IMG/VR virus record: IMGVR_UViG_3300045988_142085
Coordinates: 64,001-128,000 of that record
Reading direction: 5' to 3' (one strand)
DNA from: a virus
DNA: 64,000 nucleotides
In this document: positions 45,532-56,603 of the stretch, one piece after another
Layout of the letters: each line of letters opens with the position of its first letter
Position numbering within the stretch: position 1 is the first letter of the stretch
The notes under the pieces: model-generated
What the model was told of the DNA's origin: nothing
The model's database searches: none
Seen by the model: only the letters and a program-made list of their open reading frames with translations
Program-made: the position numbers and the translations under genes

Positions 45532-46928
45532 TTTGTTTCTCCTTTTAGGTACTCGCGACCAATTTTTACTGCGTCGCTTAATGTTAAAGTACCTTCTTCT
45601 AAATTAAAATCAATACATGCGTATTGTTTTCTACGCATAGAGTGAATACCTTTAAGCATATCGCCCAAAGGATCGAAAGCTGTGCCAGGACCAGCTTTGG
45701 CCATATCAATGATATGACCAATGATACTTGGCGCGATAATTAATACGTCGACCAAGTAATTTAATATGGATTTATCATCCATATTAGAAGCCAAGAAATC
45801 TTCATACATGGCTTTAACTTTATCTGTACAACATTCATCTTCATGAATATCGACATTAGCCATATAATGACGTTGATATTCTGGCTTGGATACATCCACT
45901 TTGAGATCAAGATTCTTGCGAATAATGTCGCAAGACTGATGGAACACGATTGTTCCTCGTGTTCCAACTATTTCAAGAACGAGGGAAGATTTGTTTACAT
46001 ATTTTCCCACATTCATGTCGGTCAAGCCAGACACAAATACGTTCTCGATAAATTCAGCATAACTAGCTGCTTCAAGTAAGCCTTGAGCAGCTACCTCGCT
46101 TTTAATGCCTACCATATAATGGACCTTGCCATCATATAGATCAGCATCAGAACCGACCAACCACAGATGTTTATCTGTGTCATGATCGGAACCGCCTTGA
46201 GACATTTTAAAGTACTCAGAGCCTGTGCAGATGAAACCAGAAATCGGAATCATCTTCAATTCGTCAGCTGCAGCATTAACTAAACCTTGAGCTAACTTTT
46301 CAAGGTTTTTTACCACGCCTTTGGACGCTAAATATTTCATGGCGTCCTTAACGTATTCGTCATATCTGTTATTTAACAGATTAACGAAATGCTGTGCAGG
46401 TAAAATCACAGCGTTGTAAGATTCTCCAGCATGTGGGAATCTTATACCTTCAGCCTTAATACCAAGACCAAGGTTTAGACAAAGTTCCATAAGTTCTTTG
46501 TCATTTTTTGCAGCAATAAGTTCTGCTTTAATTTCGTCAGAAACTTCATTGCCTACAACATCAATGGCACGATATCCGCACTTTCTTAAAGTACGGATAA
46601 ACTTAGTATTAGAAACACCGATTTGGTGTTCCTCTACTAAGCGTGTCAGAGAAAATTTTAATATAGGATCTACCTCTGCAGTAGCCATAAAGCTGCCACA
46701 GTTAGAGTCCCACTTAGAGTCCTCAAACATCTTGTTTAAGGCCTCAACTATATTCTTCACGAAAGATATCCCAATTTGGGAATCTTCTTGAAGTATTTGA
46801 GGCATAAGAGCTACAGCTCTATCTACCTCAGATCCATGAAAGTTGCCATTGAAATGAGCATTAATTTTTGCTGCCACTTCTTTTTTAGCCACTTGAGCGA
46901 TGTACGCTCTATTTAACTTTTTATTCAT
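45528..46928 (-). CDS. hypothetical virion-block protein (466 aa)
   Basis: Long ORF. Confidence 0.6.
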   Translation of the reverse strand: MNKKLNRAYIAQVAKKEVAAKINAHFNGNFHGSEVDRAVALMPQILQEDSQIGISFVKNIVEALNKMFEDSKWDSNCGSFMATAEVDPILKFSLTRLVEEHQIGVSNTKFIRTLRKCGYRAIDVVGNEVSDEIKAELIAAKNDKELMELCLNLGLGIKAEGIRFPHAGESYNAVILPAQHFVNLLNNRYDEYVKDAMKYLASKGVVKNLEKLAQGLVNAAADELKMIPISGFICTGSEYFKMSQGGSDHDTDKHLWLVGSDADLYDGKVHYMVGIKSEVAAQGLLEAASYAEFIENVFVSGLTDMNVGKYVNKSSLVLEIVGTRGTIVFHQSCDIIRKNLDLKVDVSKPEYQRHYMANVDIHEDECCTDKVKAMYEDFLASNMDDKSILNYLVDVLIIAPSIIGHIIDMAKAGPGTAFDPLGDMLKGIHSMRRKQYACIDFNLEEGTLTLSDAVKIGREYLKGETK

Positions 46929-46958
46929 TATTTTTTCTCCTCTTTCTGAACAAAGCTC

Positions 46959-48068
46959 CTACACAACATATTGGCAATGTTGCGTGGAGATCCTCCCACG
47001 AGTCTCGTGGAAGAATTGTAAAATACGCCACTCCCATGCTTTAGGAGATGGCGCCAATTCAGGTGTACGTTTCATGCCATTCTCATCAGTAATTGCTAAA
47101 AGCTTACCAGAAGGATTACCAAAGATGGCAACATTATAATTACCTTTCTTATAATAATCACTAAAATGTTCGGCATGGATCACACCATATTCCATACCGT
47201 AAACCATAACTTTGTCCATGGCCAAGAAGGCTTGTTTCCAAGCTTCCATAGACTTAGCATGGAGTGGCTGAGAACCAACCTTAATTGATAAGGCTGTAAT
47301 TCTCATTTGATGGTAGCTAGGTTTACTAGCCGGCATGCCATATGTATCACAAAACCACTCGTGGTTGTGATACGCCATGCCATCATAGCTATCACCAAAC
47401 TCGGTCGAATCGAGCTTAGGTACGATTGCAATGCAATCTTTGTTTAAGTCGATTCCAATAGTTTGTGATGGAGCTGCAAATAGCCCAATATAAGTGTTGA
47501 GCTTTTGCGCTTTACCAGGCGTTAGTGCAATGGCATGGAAGCCTTGTGCACATAACGCTTGTACACGAGCCTCGAACTTTTCACGTTCGGACTCGAATAC
47601 CATTACTACCATCAATTGCCGAATCATTGATGGTGATAATTGTAGTGCATTTAAATAACGAAGCAATGGATGTTTCTTCGTCATTTCAAGCATTGCAATA
47701 ACATCTTGAACTTCTCTTAAGTGAGAAAAGTCCAATTTCGCTATCCCTGGGATATAAGCATTCGTGTCAACGAATACTTTATTTTCCCATCTTACACCAT
47801 CGGATGGGCCATCTAAACAGATGACACCAGTAGCAATACTGGCACGAATTGTATCCCCATGCTCGAGAATACCAGAAACTGGAAGACTGGAAATGCTAGC
47901 ATGCGCTAATGGCACACGAGCCTTTCCCTTCAACTCAAACGTGAAGCTAGACACATTTGCAGTTTCAAACTGCTGTAATGCGCCTAGATCTTCCATATGG
48001 TTATGGAAGACTTGTTTTACTGCCTCTTGAGTAGCACGTTGTTTTCTTAGTGATTTAATTTTATCCAT
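46959..48068 (-). CDS. hypothetical virion-block protein (369 aa)
   Basis: Long ORF. Confidence 0.6.
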   Translation of the reverse strand: MDKIKSLRKQRATQEAVKQVFHNHMEDLGALQQFETANVSSFTFELKGKARVPLAHASISSLPVSGILEHGDTIRASIATGVICLDGPSDGVRWENKVFVDTNAYIPGIAKLDFSHLREVQDVIAMLEMTKKHPLLRYLNALQLSPSMIRQLMVVMVFESEREKFEARVQALCAQGFHAIALTPGKAQKLNTYIGLFAAPSQTIGIDLNKDCIAIVPKLDSTEFGDSYDGMAYHNHEWFCDTYGMPASKPSYHQMRITALSIKVGSQPLHAKSMEAWKQAFLAMDKVMVYGMEYGVIHAEHFSDYYKKGNYNVAIFGNPSGKLLAITDENGMKRTPELAPSPKAWEWRILQFFHETRGRISTQHCQYVV

Positions 48069-48144
48069 ATTTTTATTACTCCTCTTATAAATAAAACAAA
48101 TAAAAATAGTTTAACGTCATTTCGGACAAATGGCATTAACAGAT

Positions 48145-48651
48145 CTACTTAATTTGTTTAAGATCTGTATAGCCTTCAAAAGTTTTGGATGGAGCATGAT
48201 TCTCTCTCATCCATGTTTTAGCTTCCTCTAAGCCATTGAAACCTTTATATTTGGCGCTTTTGCCATTAGTAAGCTCTTTGCATCGAGCCCACTTCAAAAC
48301 AAAACCTGTGAACTCTTTGCTAATAATAGCATAAAAGTTCTTGTTTTGACCTTCCGGTCTTACAAATTCACCGTTGGCTTCTTCAACTTCTTTTTTTATG
48401 GTCGTATGTTTAGACCAGAAAAACTCATTCTTTTCTGGTCCAGCAACGGCCATTAGCTTATCGTTTTTAGAAGAAAATACTCCGCAGAAACGCGGATCTT
48501 TTTTAGAGACTCTCACTTCCGTTTCTATGCCTTTGCTAGCATAGTATTCGGAAGCATCTAAGCAGAACTTCTCTGCAGAACGACTGCTTGTTTCAACTAC
48601 TTTACGATAAGAACCATTAGATAATACTTCGATAAAAATAACGTTAGTCAT
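48145..48651 (-). CDS. protein with C-terminal RNase H1-type hybrid-binding (HBD/Cauli_VI-like) domain. The start is trimmed to MTNV with RBS gaggagg.
   Basis: NFYAIISKEFTGFVLKWARCKELTNGKSAKYKGFNGLEEAKTWM fits the FYAV..G...GIY..W.EC...V.G...A.YK.F.T.EEA..W pattern. Confidence 0.5.
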   Translation of the reverse strand: MTNVIFIEVLSNGSYRKVVETSSRSAEKFCLDASEYYASKGIETEVRVSKKDPRFCGVFSSKNDKLMAVAGPEKNEFFWSKHTTIKKEVEEANGEFVRPEGQNKNFYAIISKEFTGFVLKWARCKELTNGKSAKYKGFNGLEEAKTWMRENHAPSKTFEGYTDLKQIK

Positions 48652-49102
48652 GACTTTTTCCTCCTCATCATGAATAAAATAAATAAAAATAAAGGGCATA
48701 ATATATCCCTTATATAAGAGCTACATATTGTATATTTTTATATAGCTCTTATATAAAGAATGAGTTAGTATTTATATAGCGTCCTAACTCACGACGCTTA
48801 AACATCTTTCATAATGTTCACCTCCAGATGGCAGCTTTCGATCCTCCAGGAGTTTGCTATATCTTTGTATAGCAATACCGCTGCCACACCTTGTTGCTCA
48901 ATAGATAGATATTTCCTTATGGATATCTATTAAGCCAGAATATGACATCATAGGGGCAGAGTCCTTCTCTGCATCCACCTCCGCCATATTAAAGCCATCT
49001 TTTGCTGTTAATAGCCAGGCAGGTCTTTCCTAGGTAGTTCATAAGGTACCAGCTTTTACATGCATCCATAATAGCATCACCTCCTCATATATGGATACTA
49101 TA

Positions 49103-49489
49103 TTATTTAAAATGATGCCATATTGTCATGGCAGAATCACGACTGGATTCGTGATCCCATACCAAACGATAGGCGTCATTTTTCTTCAAGTATCTTTTAA
49201 ACTTACGGAATCCGTAAGTGTGGAATGATACTTGAAGTTTCTGACCGTTTACTCTGCATGTGAAGTAAACGATCAGGTTTTCATCATTATCGACAACTCT
49301 ATATCGGAAGGAACTGTTCCGATCAGAAACGATCAAGTTCAAAGCCTTCTCGATATAGTTATCTTTTATATCATATCCTTGATACCATGCACTCTTGTTC
49401 ATATGCATGATCTCACGAATACCTTTTCCGCCATCTGATGCTACTTGAGCATCCAATATGGCTTTCGCAACAATACGATCTCTGTTCAT
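49103..49489 (-). CDS. hypothetical protein (128 aa)
   Basis: ORF. Confidence 0.55.
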   Translation of the reverse strand: MNRDRIVAKAILDAQVASDGGKGIREIMHMNKSAWYQGYDIKDNYIEKALNLIVSDRNSSFRYRVVDNDENLIVYFTCRVNGQKLQVSFHTYGFRKFKRYLKKNDAYRLVWDHESSRDSAMTIWHHFK

Positions 49490-49564
49490 TTACTTCACCT
49501 CCTTTATCTAAACGAACAGAACAACTTAGCTATAGTTTATAGTCATACAGCTGGACTATGTTGT

Positions 49565-49855
49565 TTAGCGATAGATTGGTACTGCAACTCTATCGCCAGG
49601 TTTGATAGAACGAGATGTTGCACCTCCTTCCATCTTCTTGCTTTCAGCTACTGCTGTTGCTGTAGCTTCCCTGATGTCATAATTGACACTAGAGTTAGTA
49701 TTAGCATCATTGATGATGCTCTCAATGCTTTCACCATAAGAAACGGTATGAATCACATACCGCTCTGGTTGTGTTGGTGTTGCAACATAAACTGTTGCTC
49801 CACCTAATACTGCTGTTGCTAATAAAATTGTTGTGAATTGTTTTTTCATGCTCAT
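49565..49855 (-). CDS. secreted LysM-domain protein (start MSMKKQF)
   Basis: Signal peptide plus YVIHTVSYGESIESII...IKPGDRVAVPIY (LysM-like). RBS caaggaggaaaagacaATG. Confidence 0.55.
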   Translation of the reverse strand: MSMKKQFTTILLATAVLGGATVYVATPTQPERYVIHTVSYGESIESIINDANTNSSVNYDIREATATAVAESKKMEGGATSRSIKPGDRVAVPIYR

Positions 49856-50224
49856 TGTCTTTTCCTCCTTGAACATAAAGAAAGCATCAACTCTTTTGTT
49901 GAAGCTATAAATTAAAAAGCAGACATCGTTATGTATGCCTGCACGGTCTCGAGGCCAAGCTCTCCCTCAAATAACACCCTGAATCAAAGCAGGGGGGGCG
50001 AACTTTAGCTCCGAGACCACTTATATATAAAACACTTACCCCTTCGATCCGAAACCAATTTTTAGCTCTATATAGGTCATTCTCAATTAGTAAAACAAAA
50101 ATGAGAAAAGAAATAAAAAACGTATCGTCACACAAACTCTTCAGTGCACAAAATTTAATCTTAAAAATATGCGCACAAAAAATTTCCCTTATATAGCGAA
50201 CATATGTACGCCAAAATAATATAA

Positions 50225-50262
50225 AAAAATACCCGTGGCTCCTTAGAGTAAGGGTCGCCACG
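50225..50262 (-). terminator. Rho-independent terminator after gene 50265-50609
   Basis: cccgtggcgacccttactctaaggagccacggg followed by UAUUUUUUU on the minus strand. Confidence 0.65.
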
Positions 50263-50264
50263 GG

Positions 50265-50609
50265 CTATTTAGAAAATAATATTTTGCTTCGTTTAGTAAT
50301 TGCATTAACAAGCGGGAACAAGAAACTATAATCTTTTTGATGATAGTAAAAAGAAATTAAATTAATAAGCATACGATACCTACGGGGCAAAACGTATTTT
50401 GTATTTTCTTGTAATAAAAGACTTACTTTGATATAACCAAGATTATTTAAAATATGATGGCCAGGCGATAATTTTTTTACGACATCTCTATATATAGAAT
50501 AAATAACAAGCATATTATTGTCGTAAGAACCAATCATATATTTAATTCTATTAGACTCTATAGAGTTTATATATTTAAGTATAGCTATCGTTCTCTTTTC
50601 AGGGCTCAT
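50265..50609 (-). CDS. hypothetical protein
   Basis: ORF. Confidence 0.5.
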   Translation of the reverse strand: MSPEKRTIAILKYINSIESNRIKYMIGSYDNNMLVIYSIYRDVVKKLSPGHHILNNLGYIKVSLLLQENTKYVLPRRYRMLINLISFYYHQKDYSFLFPLVNAITKRSKILFSK

Positions 50610-50967
50610 ATTTACCTTCTCGTATTATACTACAAATCTTATCTGATAAGCGCCATAGTATTAAAGTATCTGATAATAACTGAGTATATAAAAAATATAC
50701 GATACAAATATAGCGAAGTGCTTCTTTATCGCAAAACAACGAAACATTTGTCTCGTCTAAAATATTAGATATATCTCGTATATTTATATCGAAAAGATTT
50801 GCATAGCGAGGATCAACGTGCTCAGATAATACGTCGAGAAGAATCTTATAAAGATCTGATACAACAACAATCGTTGTTGGTGCGTCGAATTTAATTCGCC
50901 AACGATCATGAGATATTAAATTATTTAAATAGTGTATTAAAGATCTCGTCGTTTCATAATAATCCAT
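50599..50967 (-). CDS. hypothetical protein
   Basis: ORF. Confidence 0.5.
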   Translation of the reverse strand: MDYYETTRSLIHYLNNLISHDRWRIKFDAPTTIVVVSDLYKILLDVLSEHVDPRYANLFDINIRDISNILDETNVSLFCDKEALRYICIVYFLYTQLLSDTLILWRLSDKICSIIREGKYEP

Positions 50968-51329
50968 TATTTAACACTCCATACTTTTAACGCTTCTTTA
51001 AAGAATACTTTAGTTGCGCTACGTCTCATTATATCTTCCTTCTGGTTATATGCATAAAATGCTTGATGTATAATTCGTTTTTCCTCTTTTTTGATCGGGT
51101 ACGAATATTCACTTCGCTCATATTGTTCTAATTGAGTCGACGTAAGTTCGCTCATTTCGGTCTTAGGATGAACCGTTCTTAATAACTTTACATATAAGTT
51201 ATATGTCGCATATACAACGAAATTAGTATTCGTTAAATATTTTCGATATTTCAAATTATACAATACGATATCGCGAATATAATTAATCGTGGATAAAAAT
51301 CGTTTTCTATTCATAGAGCCTCTCCTCAT
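50967..51329 (-). CDS. hypothetical protein
   Basis: ORF. Confidence 0.5.
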   Translation of the reverse strand: MRRGSMNRKRFLSTINYIRDIVLYNLKYRKYLTNTNFVVYATYNLYVKLLRTVHPKTEMSELTSTQLEQYERSEYSYPIKKEEKRIIHQAFYAYNQKEDIMRRSATKVFFKEALKVWSVK

Positions 51330-51737
51330 TTATCTAAATTTTACCTCGTCGGCAAATTCGCACATCGCTTTAAATACGTTATCATATACTTCGAGAAAAT
51401 GAGTTCCCTCTCCGCATTTAAAATAATATAATATAACGATATTAATAAAAGTCTTGATATCGTTATCTAACGGTATTCTATATTTAAAAAATGTCGTATA
51501 TTCACTAACTTCGACAAAACTAGCATTGTCTAAATTAAAATACCAACCGTCTTTAAAATCGTATAGAAGACGGTGTGCTATATTATATACAACAGAAACT
51601 ATAACATAATGATCTTCAGAGTATTTCATTCTCCATGCATTGCGACGAAGAACACGATCGATATAAAGAATCATATCTTCTTTTAGCTTCGCGCATTGCA
51701 TATCATATTCTTCTTCATTCATACTTTTTTTTAACAT
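51330..51737 (-). CDS. hypothetical protein
   Basis: ORF. Confidence 0.5.
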   Translation of the reverse strand: MLKKSMNEEEYDMQCAKLKEDMILYIDRVLRRNAWRMKYSEDHYVIVSVVYNIAHRLLYDFKDGWYFNLDNASFVEVSEYTTFFKYRIPLDNDIKTFINIVILYYFKCGEGTHFLEVYDNVFKAMCEFADEVKFR

Positions 51738-51739
51738 TG

Positions 51740-52183
51740 CTATACTATCCTCGTATTATTTAAAAATATATTCCTTCCCATAACGACACTATCGAAATAA
51801 CCGTTAACTTTATTAAAATTAATATTAAATACTTTCGACTTATAACGATCGAAAGAATTACTATCGCATAAATAACATCCATCCATAAAGAGAGAATGAA
51901 TAATCATAATTATAAAAGCTTTTTCTCGATTGTTTAAAGTAGTATAATCGGGTTCCCGTCCCTCGAACTCTTTTTGTAATCGCCAAGATTTCATATAAGT
52001 CTCTAATTCCATAAAATAATTACGATTATCTTTTTTAGCTTCGCTTACTAGAATATCGATGGCTATATAATTTAAAGTGCCGACGTCGACAGTGCCTCTA
52101 ACATAAGGCAGCATTAATGCTATATAATATCGTATAAATTTTAACGATGCATGTGCTTTCTCATACATAAAAATATCCTCCAT
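51740..52183 (-). CDS. hypothetical protein
   Basis: ORF. Confidence 0.5.
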   Translation of the reverse strand: MEDIFMYEKAHASLKFIRYYIALMLPYVRGTVDVGTLNYIAIDILVSEAKKDNRNYFMELETYMKSWRLQKEFEGREPDYTTLNNREKAFIIMIIHSLFMDGCYLCDSNSFDRYKSKVFNINFNKVNGYFDSVVMGRNIFLNNTRIV

Positions 52184-52231
52184 ATAATATAATAATTTAT
52201 ATAATATATTATATCATATGGAGGATTAAAA

Positions 52232-53410
52232 TTAAAGTTTATAAACCGAAACATCGTCGCCATTGTGAGCGATGCCACGTAGATACAAAGTATTGTCTTC
52301 GGCTACAAAAATTTTCGGAATATTAGCTCCATCTTTTGCCGCAACAACATCTGTTTTTTGTCCTTTAACCAGGATAGCAAAGCAGTTCGTATTTACAATT
52401 CCGACCAAAGTATCTTGTTCGATCGTAGAATAAACAATAATCTGTTCCCAGTCGCTAGGTAAATCACATATTTTAATTTTGCCATAATTACGACCAGCAG
52501 GTCCTCGGTTATAAACGTGACCACTCCAAATTTTATTAGCCGAGATCTTAGCAAATGTAGTACTACCGCCGCCACCTTTAGGAAGATTGTTTACTTTGTT
52601 ATTCAAAGATTCTATTTCTTCCCGAAGTGCAAACTGTTTAACTTCTTTTGTCGTAGCATTAAACCAGCCTGGACGACTTACACAACATAAATTAGTTTCG
52701 TAAGTATTGCCGTCGTAATCACCTAAATCGAGATGGGCATTACCTGCCGCAATTTCCTCTAAAGTAGAACCGGCGCCAATGCGATGATATTTGCCGGTAC
52801 CTGGGCCTGTTTCCATAAGAATCGGATTGCTATAAGCAAATTTAAGAGGGCCAGCAATAGTATCACCATTTTTATTTAACTTATTATTTAACTCCTGAGA
52901 TAAACTGTCGGCGAGTTTTTCTTTTGTCACAGAACGATCGCGTAGTTTTCGAGTCGTAACACTAGCATCAGGATGATCGATTTCATCTAAAGTGCGATGT
53001 TTAGATAGCTCACTCTTTAAATCGTTTAGTTTTTTAAGTGCTCCACTTCCGGCATCGTCTAAAGAAGATTTCAATTCATTCTTCAAATTATTTAACATCG
53101 CATCAATCTGATCTTTTAAATAATATTTAGCGATAAGATCGCCTAATAAGCCATCAATTTGTTCTTTCGTATAATGGTCTTTTAATAGCCCAGCCTTAGA
53201 CGGGAATAATTTATTTAACAGAAAAGCACTTAATGCTTTATCCTCGCTAAATCCGGATTCGCCTTCGACATATTCATCGGAAGAAATTACTTCTTTTTTA
53301 TCGACATGCTGTACTCGATCTTTCAATCGATTAAGCATCTCAGCTCGTTTAGGTTCGCTTTCTCGAACACTAAATTCGTAATTGTATATCGTATTATTTT
53401 CTTGTGTCAT
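52232..53410 (-). CDS. tail fiber protein
   Basis: Fiber-shaft repeats (DHPDASVTTRKLRDRSVTKEKLADS), coiled-coil and Gly-rich segments. Confidence 0.6.
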   Translation of the reverse strand: MTQENNTIYNYEFSVRESEPKRAEMLNRLKDRVQHVDKKEVISSDEYVEGESGFSEDKALSAFLLNKLFPSKAGLLKDHYTKEQIDGLLGDLIAKYYLKDQIDAMLNNLKNELKSSLDDAGSGALKKLNDLKSELSKHRTLDEIDHPDASVTTRKLRDRSVTKEKLADSLSQELNNKLNKNGDTIAGPLKFAYSNPILMETGPGTGKYHRIGAGSTLEEIAAGNAHLDLGDYDGNTYETNLCCVSRPGWFNATTKEVKQFALREEIESLNNKVNNLPKGGGGSTTFAKISANKIWSGHVYNRGPAGRNYGKIKICDLPSDWEQIIVYSTIEQDTLVGIVNTNCFAILVKGQKTDVVAAKDGANIPKIFVAEDNTLYLRGIAHNGDDVSVYKL

Positions 53411-53498
53411 AAGAATATCCTTTATTAATTATTATTAGTATAAGATACTGTTATATTACAGAAAAAATCCCCGCACATAGTACGGGGATATATATTTA

Positions 53499-56400
53499 TT
53501 ATAAATGATCGTTAGGTTGTAACGTTACCATTCGCCAAGAGCCAAGGTCGGTGGATTCTGCAATATATAGTGTATTGTTAAGAATAGCCATTTGACCTGC
53601 GAAAGCGGGAGGTTGAGTTACGTCGGTCGTAAAGATTTTATCGATACGAACATATTCTTTTAACTTTTCACCGACATCACTAGCGCTAACAACCCATTTA
53701 GTACCGTTCCAGAATACCGGCATTTCGAGTGTCGTATCGAAATACTGTTGACCGACAACTAAATGTTCAGTCGGACGATTTTCTGTCGGGCCAGAATGAA
53801 TAACCGGAATTGTTTCGTATGTCATATTAGACATAATATTAAGACCGGATTCAGGTTTAAAGTAGATTTCCATATTGAAATCTTCTGGCGCCTTAACGAC
53901 GTCGGCTTTATAAACTTCAGGGATACTAAGCTTCATTGTCTTAGCAGTAGGATCGGCTTCCACGATGGGAAAATTACCTTTACCTAACGCTTCCATAGAC
54001 GCACCGGCTTCGACTGGTTTACCGGCATGAGAACCGTTTTGCCATACTGGATATACGTCGAATCCGACTGTCATAGTTCTGTCGCCATGATTCACGACGG
54101 AAGTCGGTTTATCGTGAACGTACTCTGTTTCAGTCGTATATTTATATGTCGATACATAACCTAAATGACCGGTTGCCTTCGGATCTGATTCGATATATAA
54201 ATCGCCGGAAACACCAGCTGCATAACGGCTATAATCATTATCTTTAACGTCGGTCACTGGCGTTCCCTTAGCGTTAAAGTAGATAGCCGAACCTTCCTCT
54301 TGGAAAAGTTGATTTTTTCTATTATGGCCATCATCGGCATTACGGATAGTACGATCTCGACCGACGAAAACTCTTGTCTTGGCATCTTCTTCGGCACGAA
54401 CTTCGAACCTACGATTTAGATAACCTTTAGCTCCGTATTCATCGGTAGAACCTAAGTTAGTAAATAATTTTAATTTATCGTATTCTTCGACGTTGTTAGG
54501 AGCAATCGAAAATTCAGGAGAGTCGATCCAAGAGAATAAGTATCGATCAGTAAGAGCTGCAAAGTTCTGGGCGAAGTTCGGGAACTTCAATCCATTAATC
54601 TTAATCTCAGCTTTATCGTCGTTAGGAGAATCAAGTTTAATAAATGGAGTCGGATATTCTTCGGCTGGTAAATATTCTTTTTCGCCAGAATGAGTAACAT
54701 CCAAGTGAATATTATTTAACTCGGTCGAAGCGATTGCATTTACATTAAGAAGATTAGTCGCTAAATTCCAACGACCTGTTAATTTAAGATTATTTATTTT
54801 ATTAGCGTAGAAAGTAACGCCCGATAGATTAACTAGATCGATATTATCATCATAGTGAATTAATACGTTATTAATATCGACATAAGAATAAGAACAAATA
54901 CCAAAAGTACAGTTATTAGAAATAACGTTACTGATCTTAGTATTTGATCCTTCTACTTCGATGTATATAGCATATTGACCATAATTAGCTTCGATATTGT
55001 CGATTACGGAGTTATTTAACGGTTTGTCAAAATCGATAATTTGGCCTTGAGCATCTTTTGTGTTAGTCGCTTTAATATTTCTAACGATAAAGTTATAGTA
55101 GTTAGCATTAAGGTCGCCATCATTGCCAATAAATTTAATATAACTACCGTTCATATCTTCTCGTGCTACTTTAAAAGAGAACCCTTCAATAGTCGTATTG
55201 TAAATATCATGATAGTCACTATTGCCATCATCAACACAGCTAAGAATAAAACCGATCGTGCTAACACTAGAATCAGATTCATCGTGGTCACAATTGATTA
55301 CGGCACCATATAATGTTTCAGATTTAACAGTTAAATAACGATTACGATCTAATGGACACAAGATTTTAACTTTGTTGCTAATCTTATAAATACCGTCCGG
55401 GAAGATAACTTCATCATATTTTTCGGCGTTGGCCTTAACGAAAATTTCGTTTAACTTAGCTGTTACGTCGGTAGCACCTGTATTGTCGACACCTTCTGTG
55501 ACTACGTTAAGAGATTTTTTACCACCGGCTAAGGCCGAGATTTCGGCTTTCTTAACAAAGAGTTCATCGGTCTTAGTTTTATTATAAATCGCTTTATCGT
55601 AGTGATAAGTCGTAAGTACCGTATAAGAATTAGTACCATTATAGTGTTTAAATTCTTTGCCCAAGATGGTCGTTAAATTACGTTTGTCGCCGACTTCTAA
55701 ATTGTTATTAGCATTAATTTTAGCCATAACATAGTTAGTAGCTTTATCGACAGATTGACCATGATAACCGACTTGATTGCCGACTACGATACCGTTATTT
55801 AAAAAGTCGTTATTAATATTATTATAATAGCTTCTAGCAAAATCATATTTATAGATACGAATATAATCGTGGCTATTAGCCGCCATATAGATAGCACCGT
55901 CGACTAAAGCAAAGTCTTCGATTTCGGCCTTCGGTTCGAATTCGAGCTCTCTAACAATAGTGGCCGTATTATCGCCAATTTCGACTTCGACGATGCGTCT
56001 CATTAGACTGAATATAACTTTATTACCGACGAACAAAGCACCGTTAGAATCGTTATTTTTCTCATTCACGGTAATGATATATTCTTTACCGTCGGTTAAA
56101 TCGCTGTTAGCGTAGATTTTAATTTTACGAGTGCTATTATCTTCGCCCGGTAAAATACTAACATATTGACCGGTAACATTATTATAACCTACATTATAGA
56201 AACGATCGGTATAATTTTTATATTCACCTGCATTTAAATTATCATCGATCGCGTAAATACGATTACCGTTAGCTGCACCATTAGTAGCTCGTAGTTTGCC
56301 GTCGAAGAATAAAGTATTACAGTGGCCAAGTTTGTCGGCACCTGTGTTTTCTACACTTCGCGCGACAGTAAAATCTTTATTTAACTCATAAAGAATTTGT

Positions 56401-56603
56401 ATCGTGCTATCGGCATTAATACAAGCTACGATAAATTTTTCTGTCTGAGGGTTATATGTAAACCCCTGACACTGATTTACCTTTTCTTTATCGAAAGGGA
56501 CTTCGGCAACGAGAGCGATATTTTCAGCATATTGCATAACAGGCTTTTGGTTTTTCTTGAGGATAGAACTAAGACCTTGAGCAATTTCAGAAATAATAGA
56601 CAT
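53499..56603 (-). CDS. large tail spike/fiber protein (1034 aa) with putative right-handed beta-helix. Possible depolymerase.
   Basis: Size, position in the fiber module, and N/I/V-rich beta-helix-like repeats in the C-terminal half. Confidence 0.5.
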   Translation of the reverse strand: MSIISEIAQGLSSILKKNQKPVMQYAENIALVAEVPFDKEKVNQCQGFTYNPQTEKFIVACINADSTIQILYELNKDFTVARSVENTGADKLGHCNTLFFDGKLRATNGAANGNRIYAIDDNLNAGEYKNYTDRFYNVGYNNVTGQYVSILPGEDNSTRKIKIYANSDLTDGKEYIITVNEKNNDSNGALFVGNKVIFSLMRRIVEVEIGDNTATIVRELEFEPKAEIEDFALVDGAIYMAANSHDYIRIYKYDFARSYYNNINNDFLNNGIVVGNQVGYHGQSVDKATNYVMAKINANNNLEVGDKRNLTTILGKEFKHYNGTNSYTVLTTYHYDKAIYNKTKTDELFVKKAEISALAGGKKSLNVVTEGVDNTGATDVTAKLNEIFVKANAEKYDEVIFPDGIYKISNKVKILCPLDRNRYLTVKSETLYGAVINCDHDESDSSVSTIGFILSCVDDGNSDYHDIYNTTIEGFSFKVAREDMNGSYIKFIGNDGDLNANYYNFIVRNIKATNTKDAQGQIIDFDKPLNNSVIDNIEANYGQYAIYIEVEGSNTKISNVISNNCTFGICSYSYVDINNVLIHYDDNIDLVNLSGVTFYANKINNLKLTGRWNLATNLLNVNAIASTELNNIHLDVTHSGEKEYLPAEEYPTPFIKLDSPNDDKAEIKINGLKFPNFAQNFAALTDRYLFSWIDSPEFSIAPNNVEEYDKLKLFTNLGSTDEYGAKGYLNRRFEVRAEEDAKTRVFVGRDRTIRNADDGHNRKNQLFQEEGSAIYFNAKGTPVTDVKDNDYSRYAAGVSGDLYIESDPKATGHLGYVSTYKYTTETEYVHDKPTSVVNHGDRTMTVGFDVYPVWQNGSHAGKPVEAGASMEALGKGNFPIVEADPTAKTMKLSIPEVYKADVVKAPEDFNMEIYFKPESGLNIMSNMTYETIPVIHSGPTENRPTEHLVVGQQYFDTTLEMPVFWNGTKWVVSASDVGEKLKEYVRIDKIFTTDVTQPPAFAGQMAILNNTLYIAESTDLGSWRMVTLQPNDHL

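Noticed and set aside
49929-50261. 110-aa minus-strand ORF in the track
   Set aside because: It lies entirely within a structured non-coding leader/terminator region, has odd composition and no RBS, so it is likely spurious.
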